Source: Octopus bimaculoides
Lineage: Eukaryota
Length of the DNA: 64,000 nucleotides
Direction: 5' to 3'
Assembly (NCBI RefSeq): GCF_001194135.2
Contig: NC_068999.1
Location: 25,691,042 to 25,755,041 of the forward strand
Part shown: piece after piece, positions 40,159 through 53,433 of the stretch
Position numbering within the stretch: the first letter of the stretch is position 1
Layout: the number at the start of each line of letters is the position of its first letter
The notes under the pieces: generated by a model
What the model saw: the letters and a program-made list of their open reading frames with translations, nothing else
What the model was told of the DNA's origin: nothing
The model's database searches: none
Made by a program: the position numbers and the translations under genes

Positions 40159-41220
40159 TAAGATAATCTTTTATAGCTTTGTCATCTCATTTTCTTATTT
40201 CCGCACCGTACTCAACTAACATTTCATTCTGAAGTATATGTATATTGAGTTTATCACAAGGTCTCACAATGCCTATGCAATATATATATATATATATATA
40301 TATAAAATTCATGTTATGTTTAGAAGCAATGAACATTACTGGAATTTCCAACTCGAATAGAATAAACCACTCCAATTCCTTGTTATAGTATCTTTGTGAA
40401 TGGGTTTAAGACTGGTTAGCTTATACAGGATATAGAGTCATATAATGTATAAAACTGAAGTCAAACCAAGTAATAATATTTTGAATGCATTTAATATGTA
40501 TGTTTCAGATAACTGCATAAGAGATGAATCTATTCTCTTACCTACTGCACAACTATCTGAAGCATACATGTTAAATACATTCAAAATATCATTTACTTGA
40601 TTTGATTTCAGATATATTGTCAGATTATATTTAACAAACTTAAAAAGTATTGTTGGTTGAGTCAGAATTAGAAATAAAATTTGCAAGACAAGTGGGGAAA
40701 ATGCTACCTTTTTTCACCAAAAATCGGATTTATGTGTCTGTATCCGACTATAAAGAGGATGATGAAAAGTGTAGCCAGAGAGAGAAAGATGTGAGACAAA
40801 TGCTGTTACCACAGAGAGTAAAATATACCCCCAAGTGAGCTAGGTACACTGAACATATGACATACTGTATTACCTTACTAAATGGAATTAGCATGTGAGA
40901 CATCGTCTGACCAACAAACAAAAAGAAGAAAATACTATGTAATTTTGTTAATTATGAATTTATGGCATGTTGTAGCCAAAATATCCTTAAAGAAACCTAT
41001 TGGGAAAGAAACAGAAAAATATGGGCCTATTGTGATAGAGAAGGTAGTGACCTCATTAATTTACTATCAGAAATTGTTCTGTTGCAGATTGGTGACAAGG
41101 TCTCAGAAATTTTTGAATCACTTTCTCTAAATACATGATGGAGGACTGGTAATTTATTGCTTTTCTTAAAAGAGAACTAAATTTAAGTTGTAAAGCAAAA
41201 CAATTTATACTTTAAGTTAC

Positions 41221-41291
41221 CAATAAAAAGCATATATTCGCTTCAAACTAGCAAGCAAAGCAAAAGTTTCGTCTTCATCAGGTTGTTCACC
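41221..41291 (-). CDS. STAG1: cohesin subunit SA exon (GEQPDEDETFALLASLKRIYAFY)
   Basis: ttttcag| ... |gtaact; phase 0/2. Confidence 0.92.
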
Positions 41292-41349
41292 CTGAAAATA
41301 CAAAAAAAAAATATTCTTTTTAATAATTATCATCATCATTATTATTATT

Positions 41350-42240
41350 ATTATTGGCAAACTAACAGAATTGTTAGCATTAGACAAAATGCTTCACAAC
41401 ATTTCTTCCAGCTTCACATTCTGAGTTCAAATTCAACCAAGGTTGACTTTGCCTTTTATCCTTTTGAGGTCAATAAAATAAGTACCAGGTGAGCCTTGGG
41501 GTTGATATAATCAACTAGACCCCTCCCACAAAATTTCAAGCCTCGTGCAGAAAGTGTTGTTGTTGTTGTTGTTATTGTTATTATTATTATTAAGGCAGAA
41601 TCATTAGCACGCTGGGTGGAATGCTTAGTGGTATTTCGTCTGCTGCTACATTCTGAGTTCAAATTCTGCTGAGGTCAACTTAGCCTTTCATCCTTTCGGA
41701 GTCAATAAATTAAGTAGTAGTGAAATACTGGAGTCGATGTAATTGAATAATCCCCTCCACCAAAATGGCTGCCCTTGTGGAAAAATTTGAAACCATTATT
41801 ATTATTAAGGTGGCATGCTGGCAGAATTGTTAACATGCTGGGCAAAAAGCTGAGCAGCATTTCATCTGTCTTTACGTTCTGAGTTCAAATTCCGCTGAGG
41901 TTGACTTTGCCTTTCATCCTTTTGGGGTCAATTAATTTAATACCAGTGAAACACTGGGCTCAATGCAATTGACTAGTTCCCTCCCACAAAACTTCAGGCA
42001 TTGTGCCTTTAGTAGATAGGATTATTAATATTGAGGGCACATGGCCTAGTAGCTAGGGTTTTGCATTCATGATTTCACTGGGTGGTGCATTGTGTTCTTG
42101 AGCAAAACACTTCGTCTCATGTTGCCCTGCAATTACTTCAACCCCTAACAAGTGGTACACTGTACACTTGTTCAGACAATGTTGATTGAATGCAAGGAGT
42201 AAGCTAATGTGTAGCTCAAACATTTGATCATTATCTTCTC
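41350..42240 (+). mobile_element. three head-to-tail SINE family A copies plus a different tRNA-headed SINE fragment
   Basis: Repeated CAGAAT.GTTAGCA..GTTCTGAGTTCAAATTC..CCTTTCATCC units separated by (TTG/TTA)n; fourth unit starts GGCACATGGCCTAGTAGCTAGGG. Confidence 0.8.
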
Positions 42241-42289
42241 TCTTGTTGGCTCTTCTTGTTCACAATCCACAAGCATTCTCAAGTCCATT

Positions 42290-42930
42290 TTTGTTAACTC
42301 CTTCTGCACTAGCAGCATACCGTAGCACAGATGGTCCTTGGAAAATTTTCTGTGGTCCAGCTGAGCATCACCGGTTGTCGTAAAGAATCCACTTTTCATC
42401 ACAAGTCAAAATCCGGTTGAGAAACGGGTTGTTCTTGTTGTGTAAAAGAAGGTAAGACGACACTTCAAAATGGCCTTTTTTGGGGTTGTTGGCACCCATT
42501 TTTTGTTTTTCCAATCTCTTTCAAGTGGTTGGAAATTGTCATATACATTATGTCTAATTCAGAAGCAAGCTCTCGAACAGTTGTGCGTGGATTGGCTTCG
42601 ACTAAGGCTCTTAGCTGATCGTTGTCAACATCCGATGGGCAACCACTACGCTTATCATTTTCAAGACTCTTGTCACCACTACAAAATTTCTTGAACCACC
42701 ATTGTGCTGTACGTTCATTACTGGTTCCTGGGCCAAATGCTTCATTGATATCATGAGCTGTTTCAGCAGCTTTTCAGCCTAGCTTGAACTAGAATAAGAA
42801 AATTGTGCGAATTTGCTTTTTGTTCATATTGTATTCAACATTCCAGAAAAAAATGGCCTAATTATTCAAAAAGAAAAAGAGTAACACGATTAGATAGAGC
42901 GAAAAACATGCTTTAAAATGATATATAAAG
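42290..42930 (-). mobile_element. mariner (cecropia/Hsmar1-like) 5' two-thirds, decayed
   Basis: ATG at 42828; MNKKQIRTIFLF*FKLG*KAAETAHDINEAFGPGTSNERTAQWWFKKFCSGDKSLE...FLNRILTCDEKWILYDNR. Confidence 0.9.
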
Positions 42931-43239
42931 TCAACCACTGAGGTTGACTTTGCCTTTAATCCTTTCGGGGTCGATAAATTAAGTACCAGTGAAACACTGG
43001 TATTTATGTAATCAATTATTCCCTTCCCCCAACATTTCAGGCCTTGTGCCTTAAATAGAGAGGATCATTATTATCATTATTTATAAAAACATTTAATTTT
43101 TCATTAATAATATAAAAGCTTTCCAATCAAGTTAAATGCTATGTAAATACATGAATAAGAGTTACATTGACTAGGAAGTGGCAATAATTGTAAATATTTC
43201 TTGAGAAAGCAAAAATTAACGAGATATTCAATATCTTAC

Positions 43240-43383
43240 TTCAGCAAAAAAATCTTGCATAGATTCTTTAAATTTAGAAACAAGATTATCAACCAAAGTT
43301 TTTTTAGCCACATCACATTTTCCTCCAATAGCATATTCTTCACTGCACAAACACTCATAGCATTTAGATGCTGCTTCTAGGAC
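43240..43383 (-). CDS. STAG1: cohesin subunit SA exon (VLEAASKCYECLCSEEY...DFFAE)
   Basis: ttttcag| ... |gtaaga; phase 0/0; matches VLEACSKTYSILCSEEY. Confidence 0.95.
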
Positions 43384-44787
43384 CTGAAAATTAAGTGAGA
43401 AAGACAGAATTTAGATAATGGAATAGGTAGAGAAAGTAAATTCAGGACCTTTTAGTATTTAGCTTTATTTTAGCAGGTAGAATGTTCGAATTGCGAAATT
43501 GTTTACTTTCCCTTTCATGCATCTGAAGTCAATAACAAAATATCAATAATAATACTAAAATGAAAAATGTGAGAAAGGGATAACAATATTCTTAAGTATT
43601 TAATAAACCTGGAAAAATACAGGACAAGAAATATATAAATATATAATTAAAGTATAGCTTGCTTTTCAAATAACTGAGAAATTACAAGTCAAAGTAAATA
43701 TCAGGTATTACTCTCCCATTTTTGACCCTACATTTTTGTATCATAACTTTTTTCTACTGAACCAAATTTCAATTATTTTATGTCAAAATGTACCTTACCG
43801 CTGGTTGATCATAGTACAAAAAGCTGAATTAAAATTGAGCTAAAACTGAATTAGAGGTAAAGTGTCAAACTGGCCGCAAGTGAGTAAAAGTTGACCTTAA
43901 TATTATTCACACACTGCCATCTGTGAATGATATTAGACTGATAATTCACTTGATAACATCCTTTTACAAAAGTTGATCTTGTGCAAAAGAAAAAACAAAA
44001 ATAATTTTTATCAAAGGGCTTATCTTCAATAATAGCAGTTGGGAAAGCAAAGTCAGCTGCATGGTCACTAAGCATTTCTTGAGCAAGCGGAGGACTTTCT
44101 ATTGATTACAAATTTAAAATACGAAAACACATGTGCTGATAACTGCTCAGAGTTATAGGTGTTCTGATCACTAAAAGGAATGCTAAGTTTTCTAGATACA
44201 ATTTTACAAAAGCTAAAAATATGAATATTCTAAAGAGTTCAGAAAGGGATATCATATTCTTGCTTTGAGGAGAGTGAAAGCTTTCCACATCCACAATAAA
44301 AGAAAGTGCAGTGTTGTGAATTTTCCTTCATGTATTTCTACATTCGTAAATAGAATGCTTTGACAAAGGATTTAGCCTTTTTCAATACCAACCTGGCTTA
44401 CGTTATTAGTCAGTACAGGAATAACATGAATTTTTAGCAGGGATAAATCTCATAATAATGTTATACAATAACATTGGGTCAAGTTGTGTTCCTAACACCA
44501 ACTTAAGTAATTTTACTAAATATCATTATTATTTTCAAAATTAATTGAATCATATTGGTACAATATTCATGCTAGAAGTAAGGTATATAAAAAAATATAT
44601 GAGAAAAGTTAAAAGACTATCAGTTTTATCTTATTAACTTACTTCATAATATGGGATTAGTAAATCTACAGCATTGAGTAAACCAGGTGAAAAGAAAAAA
44701 AAATAAAATACCATAAACAAAAACCATACATTTAACATGAAAAAAAATTCAGAGTATAAAACAGCAACAATTAAAAACACTCCTTAC

Positions 44788-44847
44788 TTCAGAATCTGTG
44801 TGTTTTTCAACAATTTCATGTAGGTATCTTAATAATGCTTCAAGGTT
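44788..44847 (-). CDS. STAG1: cohesin subunit SA exon (NLEALLRYLHEIVEKHTDSE)
   Basis: ctgcag| ... |gtaagg; phase 0/0; matches [20 protein letters not shown]. Confidence 0.93.
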
Positions 44848-45139
44848 CTGCAGAAGGTAAAAAAAAAAAAAAAATTAANNNNNNNNNNGGTAAAAAAAAA
44901 AAAAAAAATTAAGATTACAGAATGAAAGCCATATATAATATATGCTTGATAATTAGGAATAGAGCAGAGTATTCTGAAAGCATAGCTGCTAGTGTAACAA
45001 GCTGAAAAAAGTTATGGGACCTATTGTTTCTGCTAGCAAGAAAGGGTTTTTTCTCTGAGTAAAGAACAAAGTATATGTTAGTTGAGTATGAAATGCAATG
45101 CCACATAGTAGTAAGATTTCAGCCTTGAGTTCAAAAGAT

Positions 45140-45390
45140 TTGTGAAAAAAATGAGGCAAGTATAGGTCACTGGATACGTAACATTAGTGCACATGAACAA
45201 TGGCACCCAAATGAGTTGAGATAAAAACTGTATAGAAGAGAAATGAAGTGTTGTGTACAAAACTGAGCTGGTACATATGGAAGATCTCAGCTGTAATAAA
45301 GAAGTACCAAGCACTCCAAGTTGAAGGAACTTGTGGAAGAGGGGAATCAAGAAAGACATAGGGTGAAACACTGCTGAAAAAGTATCTGCT
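45140..45390 (+). mobile_element. decayed RTE LINE C-terminal fragment
   Basis: Resembles RTE 3' coding region (gcaagtatag..ggatacgtaacattagtg..gagttgagataaaa..ctggta..acttgtggaagagggga..aagacatagg). Confidence 0.55.
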
Positions 45391-46801
45391 TAAACTATGC
45401 ATAGTTTGAAAAAGGATACAAAAACAAAAAAAAAATGGTGGTGGTGAGGGTAGAGGTTGGGATGTGTAATATTTACACTCATGTCTCTTTCACCCATCAT
45501 ATGTATATTAAATCTCCCATTCACCAACCATCATTGTTGTTATTTACTTCCCTTGCATCTATCATTCCATCTTTCTCCCAAATGCATTGGATGTCTGTAT
45601 TCAACAACCGCCTCTTTATCATCACTATTCTCTTTATTGCATCTCATCGCGCACTCTCTTCCATTACTCCAACCTTTGTCACTCATTGTTAACATCCATC
45701 AATTACTCTCACTTACATTACTCCCTCTTCTACTATTCTGTATCACTTTTATCACTCTCTTCCCCACAATCACTACCACCACTCCCACAACTTGTTTCTA
45801 TTTAATTGCCTTACCAACAACAATTTCTCTCTCATCACTGTAGTCTCTCTTCTATCACCCTTTAGTTATGTTGCTCCTATTCAATCTTCTCATTACCAAT
45901 CATCATTGCAGTTCTCTATTACCCACTTCCATTACTTTCTGTTATAACTTTTTTTCACTTTGAACAGCCTGGTTCTCTTCCGTAGTTTGATGAAAAAAAA
46001 ATGCCAAGGGAGAGACAACTCTTATTGCTAGTAAATGAATAAACAGAAACAATAGAAGGTAGTCTCACCAAGAACAAGATGTCTTCAGTGCTGGTTACAC
46101 AATAAAATGCACCCAGTACACTGTGAAGTGGATGGTGATAAGAATGTCATCTATTCAGAGAAGCTGTCTCAAAAATGGGAAGTACAAGTAAGATGTAGTT
46201 TGTGATTTGTCTAAGAGAGCAGTAACCTTGAATAAGATTTTACTCAGATTATAATGACCTGTTCATCTCTTGCCAACATAGAAAAGCAGGAGCAAAATGA
46301 TGACAGTGATTATAGCAGCAAGAAATTTTATATCTAAAAGCTAAGAGTCAAAGCTCAACTCGCACCAAGTTTGTATTCTTCTTTCACTAGTAGACCCAGC
46401 AAAACGTCTACCCAGAAACACTGATTTTCAACAACTAGCTCAAACTTTCAACAGAGCAACTACCTTAAATATAATTTTCTTGTTTGGTCTTTCATTGGTA
46501 TTTGTAGTTCTGCATGTAAATAATACTTTTATAGTGTTAGATACTTCTAGTGTTTTAGCATATTCTGGTAATAGCAATTTTAAAATTCATTATTCATTCG
46601 TATATGAACATTTCTGGAGATAGCTTAAAAATAGCCAAATACTAAAGCAGCTTTAGTCAAAAATGAGAAGTAATCTTGTGGATATTATTGAAAGTAATGT
46701 GATAAAAACTATGTATGAGGTATGTATTACTCTAAATAAATACAAATAATATCTATATAAAAATACACTTCAACAGAAAATATCATTTTCAAGTCTATTA
46801 C

Positions 46802-46891
46802 CTTTTCTTGGCGGCTAGATGTATAGATATCCAAATCAAAATATTGTGGAATTTGTAGAAGATTAGCAACTTTCTCTGAGTCCATTAAATA
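46802..46891 (-). CDS. STAG1: cohesin subunit SA exon ([30 protein letters not shown])
   Basis: caacag| ... |gtaata; phase 0/0; [15 protein letters not shown] matches recalled vertebrate STAG1. Confidence 0.97.
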
Positions 46892-47162
46892 CTGTTGTTT
46901 ACAAAAAGAAAAGAAGAAACATACACATAAACAGCTTTCTTTTTATACAGAGAAATAATCAATTTTAAAAAATTAAGCTTCAAAATTCCTAAGCATATTA
47001 TTCATAAATTGAATTGATGTATACACTTAAGTATCTGCTCCTTATAAATCTGAGTCATTTCATGACACTGAAACTACTACTCACTTCTATAGAAAAGCTC
47101 AATACTAGCATTGATTTTTGATACTATATTTGCAAATGGTTATAATGAAAAAAAAATCTTAC

Positions 47163-47252
47163 TTTTAATAACATCAGTGGCAATGTTTGAATGAAATGTT
47201 CTGTAAGTTTAGTTTTATCTTCAAGTACCAGTTTATTCTCTTTTGCAGTAAG
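47163..47252 (-). CDS. STAG1: cohesin subunit SA exon (LTAKENKLVLEDKTKLTEHFIQTLPLMLLK)
   Basis: ttttag| ... |gtaaga; phase 0/0. Confidence 0.95.
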
Positions 47253-47964
47253 CTAAAATTAAAACAAATCAGAACAGAAATTTTTATTATTTATCTCTTT
47301 CTCAGACAGCTAAACAAAAATCTCTCCAAGTATTCAACCAAATTTAAAACGTTGCTGTTAAGACAAAAGTTGTAAGAAAAACATCTTAACAGTAAATTTG
47401 AAGCTGTACAAACCCATCTCTTATAGTTGATCCAGTGCTAAGTAAGACGTACTATCATTGAGAAAAAGAAAGAAGTTTCCTTTCTGAAGAGATTTACAGG
47501 CTAAACTGGAAATCTGAAGACAAGTATAAAATTAACCCCCATATATATATCTTTTATCTTTTACTTGTTTCAATCATCAACTGTGGCCTTACTGAGGCAC
47601 TGCCTTGAAGAGTTTTTAGTTGAACAAATCAACCTCAAACTAACACCAGTGGTAGGAAACAAACATGCACACACACAGCAGGCTTCTTTCAGTTTCTGTC
47701 TACCAAATCCACTCACAAAGCTTTAGTCAGCCCGAGGCTATAGTAGAAGACACTTGCCCAATGCAGTGGGACTGGATATCATAAGAATTTAGAAACTTCA
47801 ACAATATTAGGTGTCCATTGACCACTTAACTTTTATCAACTTAACTATCCTCGTACAACTACTTGTCAATTTCATTGTTCCTTTTTTGACTTTTTATGTT
47901 AACAACTCTCTCTATCTTCCTTTTACTACCTCCCTCTTTCTCTCTATATATATATGATGTAAAG

Positions 47965-48197
47965 CAGTAGTTCTCAACCAGGGTCCATATAAGATTTTGC
48001 TGTTGAAATTTATGGGCAATAAATTGCTTATACTTCTACAAAACACAAAATATATTAACAATTTTTTTAAACAATTCCTAATAATATCGAATTATAAAAA
48101 TAGAAGATTGTTTGAAGCATTGACTGGTTATGAGAGTCCATCAGAGTAAAATAGAAATTAAAGGAGTCCACTGGTAAAAAATGGTTGATAAACATTG
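47965..48197. mobile_element. hAT-type MITE with 8-bp target-site duplication
   Basis: Ends CAGTAGTTCTCAACC / GGTTGATAAACATTG; perfect ATGTAAAG direct repeat at 47957-47964 and 48198-48205. Confidence 0.85.
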
Positions 48198-48405
48198 ATG
48201 TAAAGCAGGACTGGAGAAATTGACCAACCAAATGTTAGGTAGAAAAGCACGTGGTGTACGAGAATGAATGGGATATTTCTGTATCCGAAACCAAAAGCAG
48301 CAATTCTGAAGAAACTGAAAGAGGCGATAGCGACAGCAAAGATGATTTTACATCGGAATGAAGTAAAAAATTTAAAATTGGTTGTTATTATACAGAGATT
48401 ATTAA

Positions 48406-50200
48406 CCCCTTTTGATACTAACCCAGCCATAGCCAGCCGAAAAATTTTTTGGTTCATAAGACCCACCTGGCTGTAGCCGGCCGAGAGTACTCATTGTTAT
48501 TTAAGTGTGAATTTAAGCACAAATCTCATTAGTACATTTGTGAAAATATGTGATTTCATTTTGTAAATAGTTGAGTTATAATATCTGACATTGCTTGACG
48601 TGATATCTGAACTCAGTGAATTTTGGGAGATTTTTTTCCATATATTTTTTGGTGTCAATTTTTTTTTTCAACTTTGAAAATGGATAGGAATTTCATGCTA
48701 TCAAGCAGTGATCCCGAATTTAAAGGTTTTTCAACGGAAAATATGGAGATATCGAGAAAAAGAATGAATGAGGTAGAAAAGCACGTGGTGTACGANNNNN
48801 NNNNNTCAAGCAGTGATCCCGAATTTAAAGGTTTTTCAACGGAAAATATGGAGATATCGAGAAAAAGAATGAATGAGGTAGAAAAGCACGTGGTGTACGA
48901 GAATGAATGGGATATTTCTGTATCCGAAACCAAAAGCAGCAATTCTGAAGAAACTGAAAGAGGTGATAGCGACAGCAAAGATGATTTTACATCGGAATGA
49001 AGTAAAAAATTTAAAATTGTTTTTCTGAGGAGATGGGGTCTATCTATAGTCTTTCTTAGGAAGTGAAACCGTTAGACTTTTATTTTTTTCAGTATGCTTG
49101 TTTGAAGCGATCACTGTGGAAACAAACTGTTATGCAGAATGTAAACAAACAGTATATGCCAGAAAAGCCCATGAAACGGGGGATCAAAGTTTGGAAAATT
49201 TGTGGAGCAAATTCTGGGTACTACTGTGGATTTAGTTTTTATACAGGGAAAATAATGTTAGTCAGCATGGCCTAGGGTACGATGTGGTTTGGAATTTATC
49301 ACTTCTATACTATAACCAGGGCCGTATATTATTTTTTGACCGATTTTTTTTAGTTTGGTCAAACTTGTGGTAGATTTGGGTGGATTCCAGTATTTCAGTT
49401 TATTTCACTTTTATGGTACACCTGTTCTGTTGTGCATTAAATTCAACTGATAATCTAGTGATGTGCACAATTCTTCTGTATCAAAATTTTGTTGCATACC
49501 CAATTAAATATTAGCTGATGATTCATTTTCTATTCTTTTACTTGTTTCAGTCATTTGACTGCGGCCATGCTGGAGCACCGCCTTTTAGTCGAATCAAATC
49601 GACTCCAGGACTTATTCTTTGTAAGCCTAGTACTTATTCTATCGGTCTCTTTTTGCCGAACCGCTAAGTTACGGAGACCTAAGCACACCAGCATCGGTTG
49701 TCAAGCGATGTTGGGGGGAACAAACAGATACACAACATATACACACATACACATATACATATATACGACGGGCTTCTTTCAGTTTCCGTCTACCAAATCC
49801 ACTCACAAGGCTTTGGTCGGCCCGAGGCTATAGTAGAAGACACTTGCCCAAGGTGCCACGCAGTGGGACTGAACCCGGAACCATGTGGTTCGTAAGCAAG
49901 CTACTTACCACACAGCCACTCCTACGTCTATGGTGATGTTTAAACAAAATTTAAATATTTTTACATTTTGCTCAGTTTACCTGGATTTACCTGTAATTAG
50001 AGTCACTTTGAGACAAAAGTTATGCAATAGAATTGGTTAAGAACCCTTTCTTTAATTATGTTCAAAATATCACATTAATATGTGGATAAGTAAAAAAGTT
50101 ACAGTTGTTTAATGAAACTAGTCTAAATTTATGATTATTTCAGAATTTAATTGAAACTCATAAGGGGTGTATTTTGGTCAGAAATATAGTAACGAAAGGG
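48406..50200 (+). mobile_element. internally deleted piggyBac element with TTAA flanks, carrying a SINE insertion
   Basis: TTAA|CCCCTTTTGATACTA left and TAGTAACGAAAGGG|TTAA right; acidic N-terminus (SSSDPEFKGFS) and core QYMPEKPMKRGIKVW..GYYCGFSFYTGK..GLGYDVVWNL..FFDRFF. Confidence 0.85.
49531..49925 (-). mobile_element. near full-length tRNA-derived SINE (family B) with internal TA/TG tract; partial copies at about 11690, 14390, 38030, 47550, 53220
   Basis: Head GGAGTGGCTGTGTGG (A box)...GGGTTCAGTCCC (B box); 3' end TGACTGAAACAAGTAAAAGAATA; closely similar to 62630-63058. Confidence 0.9.
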
Positions 50201-50233
50201 TTAAATTCCAAGGAAAAAAAAGCAGTACCATAC

Positions 50234-50337
50234 CTTTCTGTTAGGTCCACGACCAACAGGAGATTCTCCTGTCGCTGCTTGCTTCACACAACATACCATT
50301 ATTTCTATAAGACTTGTTTCACGGCGATCATCAAGAG
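50234..50337 (-). CDS. STAG1: cohesin subunit SA exon (LDDRRETSLIEIMVCCVKQAATGESPVGRGPNRK)
   Basis: tgtgtag| ... |gtatgg; phase 1/0. Confidence 0.96.
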
Positions 50338-51613
50338 CTACACAAATACATGGAGATGTAAACGAACCAGAATGTAAAATCATGCCATTTATCAGTATGC
50401 ACCACATCATTATCAAAAGTAGATGTTAATGAATGATTATGCTCTTTCTTCTCAGCACTGGTTCTTTAACTTATACCAGTAGTATAAGAACAATATTGTG
50501 TTGTGCTGAATTAACAGTGTAACAAATTAATCACCAGCTTCTTTGATAATAAGACACTGCTAAGAATACTGTCAACAACCAAGGTTTCTGGTAATCCAGT
50601 TTGGGTTGAATTGGAAAGTATAGTAAACCTCCAAAATAACAGCATCAAGTATAATGGACAATTCAAGCGAGTGACACTTTAAAAAAAAAATTGTCATACA
50701 GTAAAGAAAATTATTAGCAACTCATCAGTTTGTCGACATCCATTTCCACAATTTGGAAAATGCTACCTAGCCAATTGCTTACTACCTACTTCGCAGCTAA
50801 TAAAATAGTATTCATTATAATCTATTTCTATATTATATTTACTATATCCCTCCTTATTTATAAATACATTTGGATTTAAATTTATATATAAATATATTTA
50901 TATAAATCTATTTAAAAATACTTCATAGACAATGAAAAATTTACAATAACAGCATCTAAAAGCCTTCCCTAAGATTATTTTTATTTGGAAAGTTTACTGA
51001 AATTACATTCAATTAATCACTACTTGAACAGAACAGATCAGAAAATAGAAGACTGTAGGCATCAGCAAATGACTATCTTGTGTTAAAGTTAAGTTACCAA
51101 AGCATACATCAGATTACAAAGCAGGAGCATATCTCAGTTTCAACAGATCTAAATATGTAAGACGCACATCTTAGGCAGAATTATGGTTGGTTGAACTACA
51201 TGAATAAGATTCAAACTTGAGAACAGAATCAATGAACTGCTATAAAAGACATCTGGTGATTTCTCACCATTAGTCCTTTCTATACCTTTAGTTAATCAGA
51301 TCAGACAGCTTATAATGTTAATTTAGATGTCATTTAAACTAATGATTTTTAGTCACTTAACTTATTACCAATATCAATTGAGAGGAAGGAGGAAAACTTT
51401 TACTTCTGCAACAACTTTGGTATCTTTAGCATATTCATGGAAATTAAGACAACTTTTATTTGCTCTCATCAAATATATAATATGGCCAGTTTATCAGGCT
51501 TAAGAAGTCATCCATCAATAATCACTTGAGAATTCATAATCTAGGGTTGCTATACAACCACAAATCACTGACCTATGAAGAACATGAGAAGTTTGTTTGG
51601 AAAATGTACTTAC

Positions 51614-51728
51614 ATTCTTCATCTTTCCCTGTATCCTCCAAAAGTAAATCAGTCATACATTCCCAATCTTTCATCATGTCATTGATGTCCCAAAGACTAT
51701 CCACCAAATAAGCACCATGTTCATGAAG
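51614..51728 (-). CDS. STAG1: cohesin subunit SA exon ([13 protein letters not shown]...[12 protein letters not shown]...)
   Basis: ggttag| ... |gtaagt; phase 0/1; STAG signature. Confidence 0.97.
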
Positions 51729-51852
51729 CTAACCAAATAAGACAATAAATTAAATAATTAACATTCAATAACAGTTCAATTCAAAGATTAAATCTTACTG
51801 AATATTAAATAGTTAAAAAATGTACAGAATAAAGAAAAAATAAGAGCCTTAC

Positions 51853-52075
51853 CTCACTTTCAATGAAAAACTGCACCAAATCTCTGATCAGAGGAGTATT
51901 AGGACTGCGACGCTTGCCTTTGCTAATTTTGAGGCAACGTAGACTTTCATCATCCTTTTGGAAAAGTTTAGCATTCAAAAACTCCCCAGCAGCTTGAGCT
52001 ACTTGTCTATGGGAAGAGTAAACCAACTCATAAACGTTTTCACAGTCCTTGTCAGTTAATACTGACTCATTATAT
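51853..52075 (-). CDS. STAG1: cohesin subunit SA exon (YNESVLTDKDCENVYELVYSSHRQVAQAAGEFL...FFIESE)
   Basis: ttccag| ... |gtaagg; phase 2/0; DCENVY.LVYS.HR.VA.AAGEFL signature. Confidence 0.97.
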
Positions 52076-53129
52076 CTGGAAAAACAAAGATTAAAAATAG
52101 TAAATTTTTAAGATTTAACAAAACTTTGAATTAATGAGTTATACCTCATCAATTTATTTAGCAGTAAGTCTTCATATGTCTACTTCCCATTTAGTCATTT
52201 AATAAAACATGGACAGACAACAAGCCTACACATCCTTCAGAGATTGTAAATATCCAAGTGGACAAGGTACTAGACTAGCAGTTAGAAAGTCAATGGTGCA
52301 TATACTTCCACTAGCACTGGCTAAACCTAACCCTAACCACAACAAATGGTTCAGTTCACAGTTGTAATATAGCTATGGCTCACTACCCTAAGTAGGTTTC
52401 ATAGTTTGCAGTGCTAAATTCAACTCATCCTTTTGGTGTAAACTGTAGAATGACTATTTCTGCCAGAAAAGGTTTAAAATACCGATGCTAAGGGACATAC
52501 TACCTGCAACTTACATGACCTTCAATTACAAACATATCCCAAAATAATCTTCAATAGGGTTCTAAATTTATATTTTAATACAACAGTGGGTCCAACCCTT
52601 GTCAGCATAGACAACAGATGCTAAATGATGATGATGATGATGTATCTGATACCAAAGCCAAACCATTACTAGTATACAGAAACTACAATGGTACAAAAAA
52701 ACTTGCTAATTCTGAACAACTTAACAAAAACTTCCATCACTGCAAACTGTGTTTAGCATTTCTTATAAATATGAAGACTTCTCTCCATCAGTGTTAACAC
52801 TGTATCAGTACCTGGAAAGTTTATGTATAACCAGTTGTTGCCAATGTAACAAATCCACCCACATTGCCCCTGGAAAGGCAAAGCCAATAAAACTTGGTAG
52901 CAGAGTTATCAAAGGTGAACTTAAAAAGTAAAGAACTGAAACAGATACTACACAGCATTTTGCTCAATGCTATAACAATTTCTACTAATCCTCATTCTGG
53001 GTCGGTACTTCAATCATCAAAGAATTAAAACCAAAAGTGGCCTTAGTAAAATTTGAACTCAGAGCACAGAGATGCAAAACAAAAACAGCAAATTATTTTG
53101 TCTGATGCTCTAACAGCATTGCCAAGTTA

Positions 53130-53169
<40 letters not shown>

Positions 53170-53175
53170 CAAATT

Positions 53176-53219
<44 letters not shown>

Positions 53220-53379
53220 GGTACAGATGTGACTGTTTGGTAAGACGTTAGCTTCCCAACCACATGGTTTTGGGTTCAGTCCCACTGTATGGCACATTGG
53301 GCAAGTGTCTTTTACTGAAGCCCTAGGNNNNNNNNNNNNNNNNNNNNNNNNNNNNNNNNNNNNNNNNNNNNNNNNNNNN

Positions 53380-53433
<54 letters not shown>

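Noticed and set aside
41262-41286. Minus-strand CUGAUGA-AGAC-GAAA resembling a hammerhead core
   Set aside because: It is STAG coding sequence (P-D-E-D-E-T) and has no stem II.
48701-48900. 95-bp direct duplication on either side of a 10-N gap
   Set aside because: Typical of unmerged overlapping contig ends; the same pattern occurs at 44855-44910 and 10580-10620.
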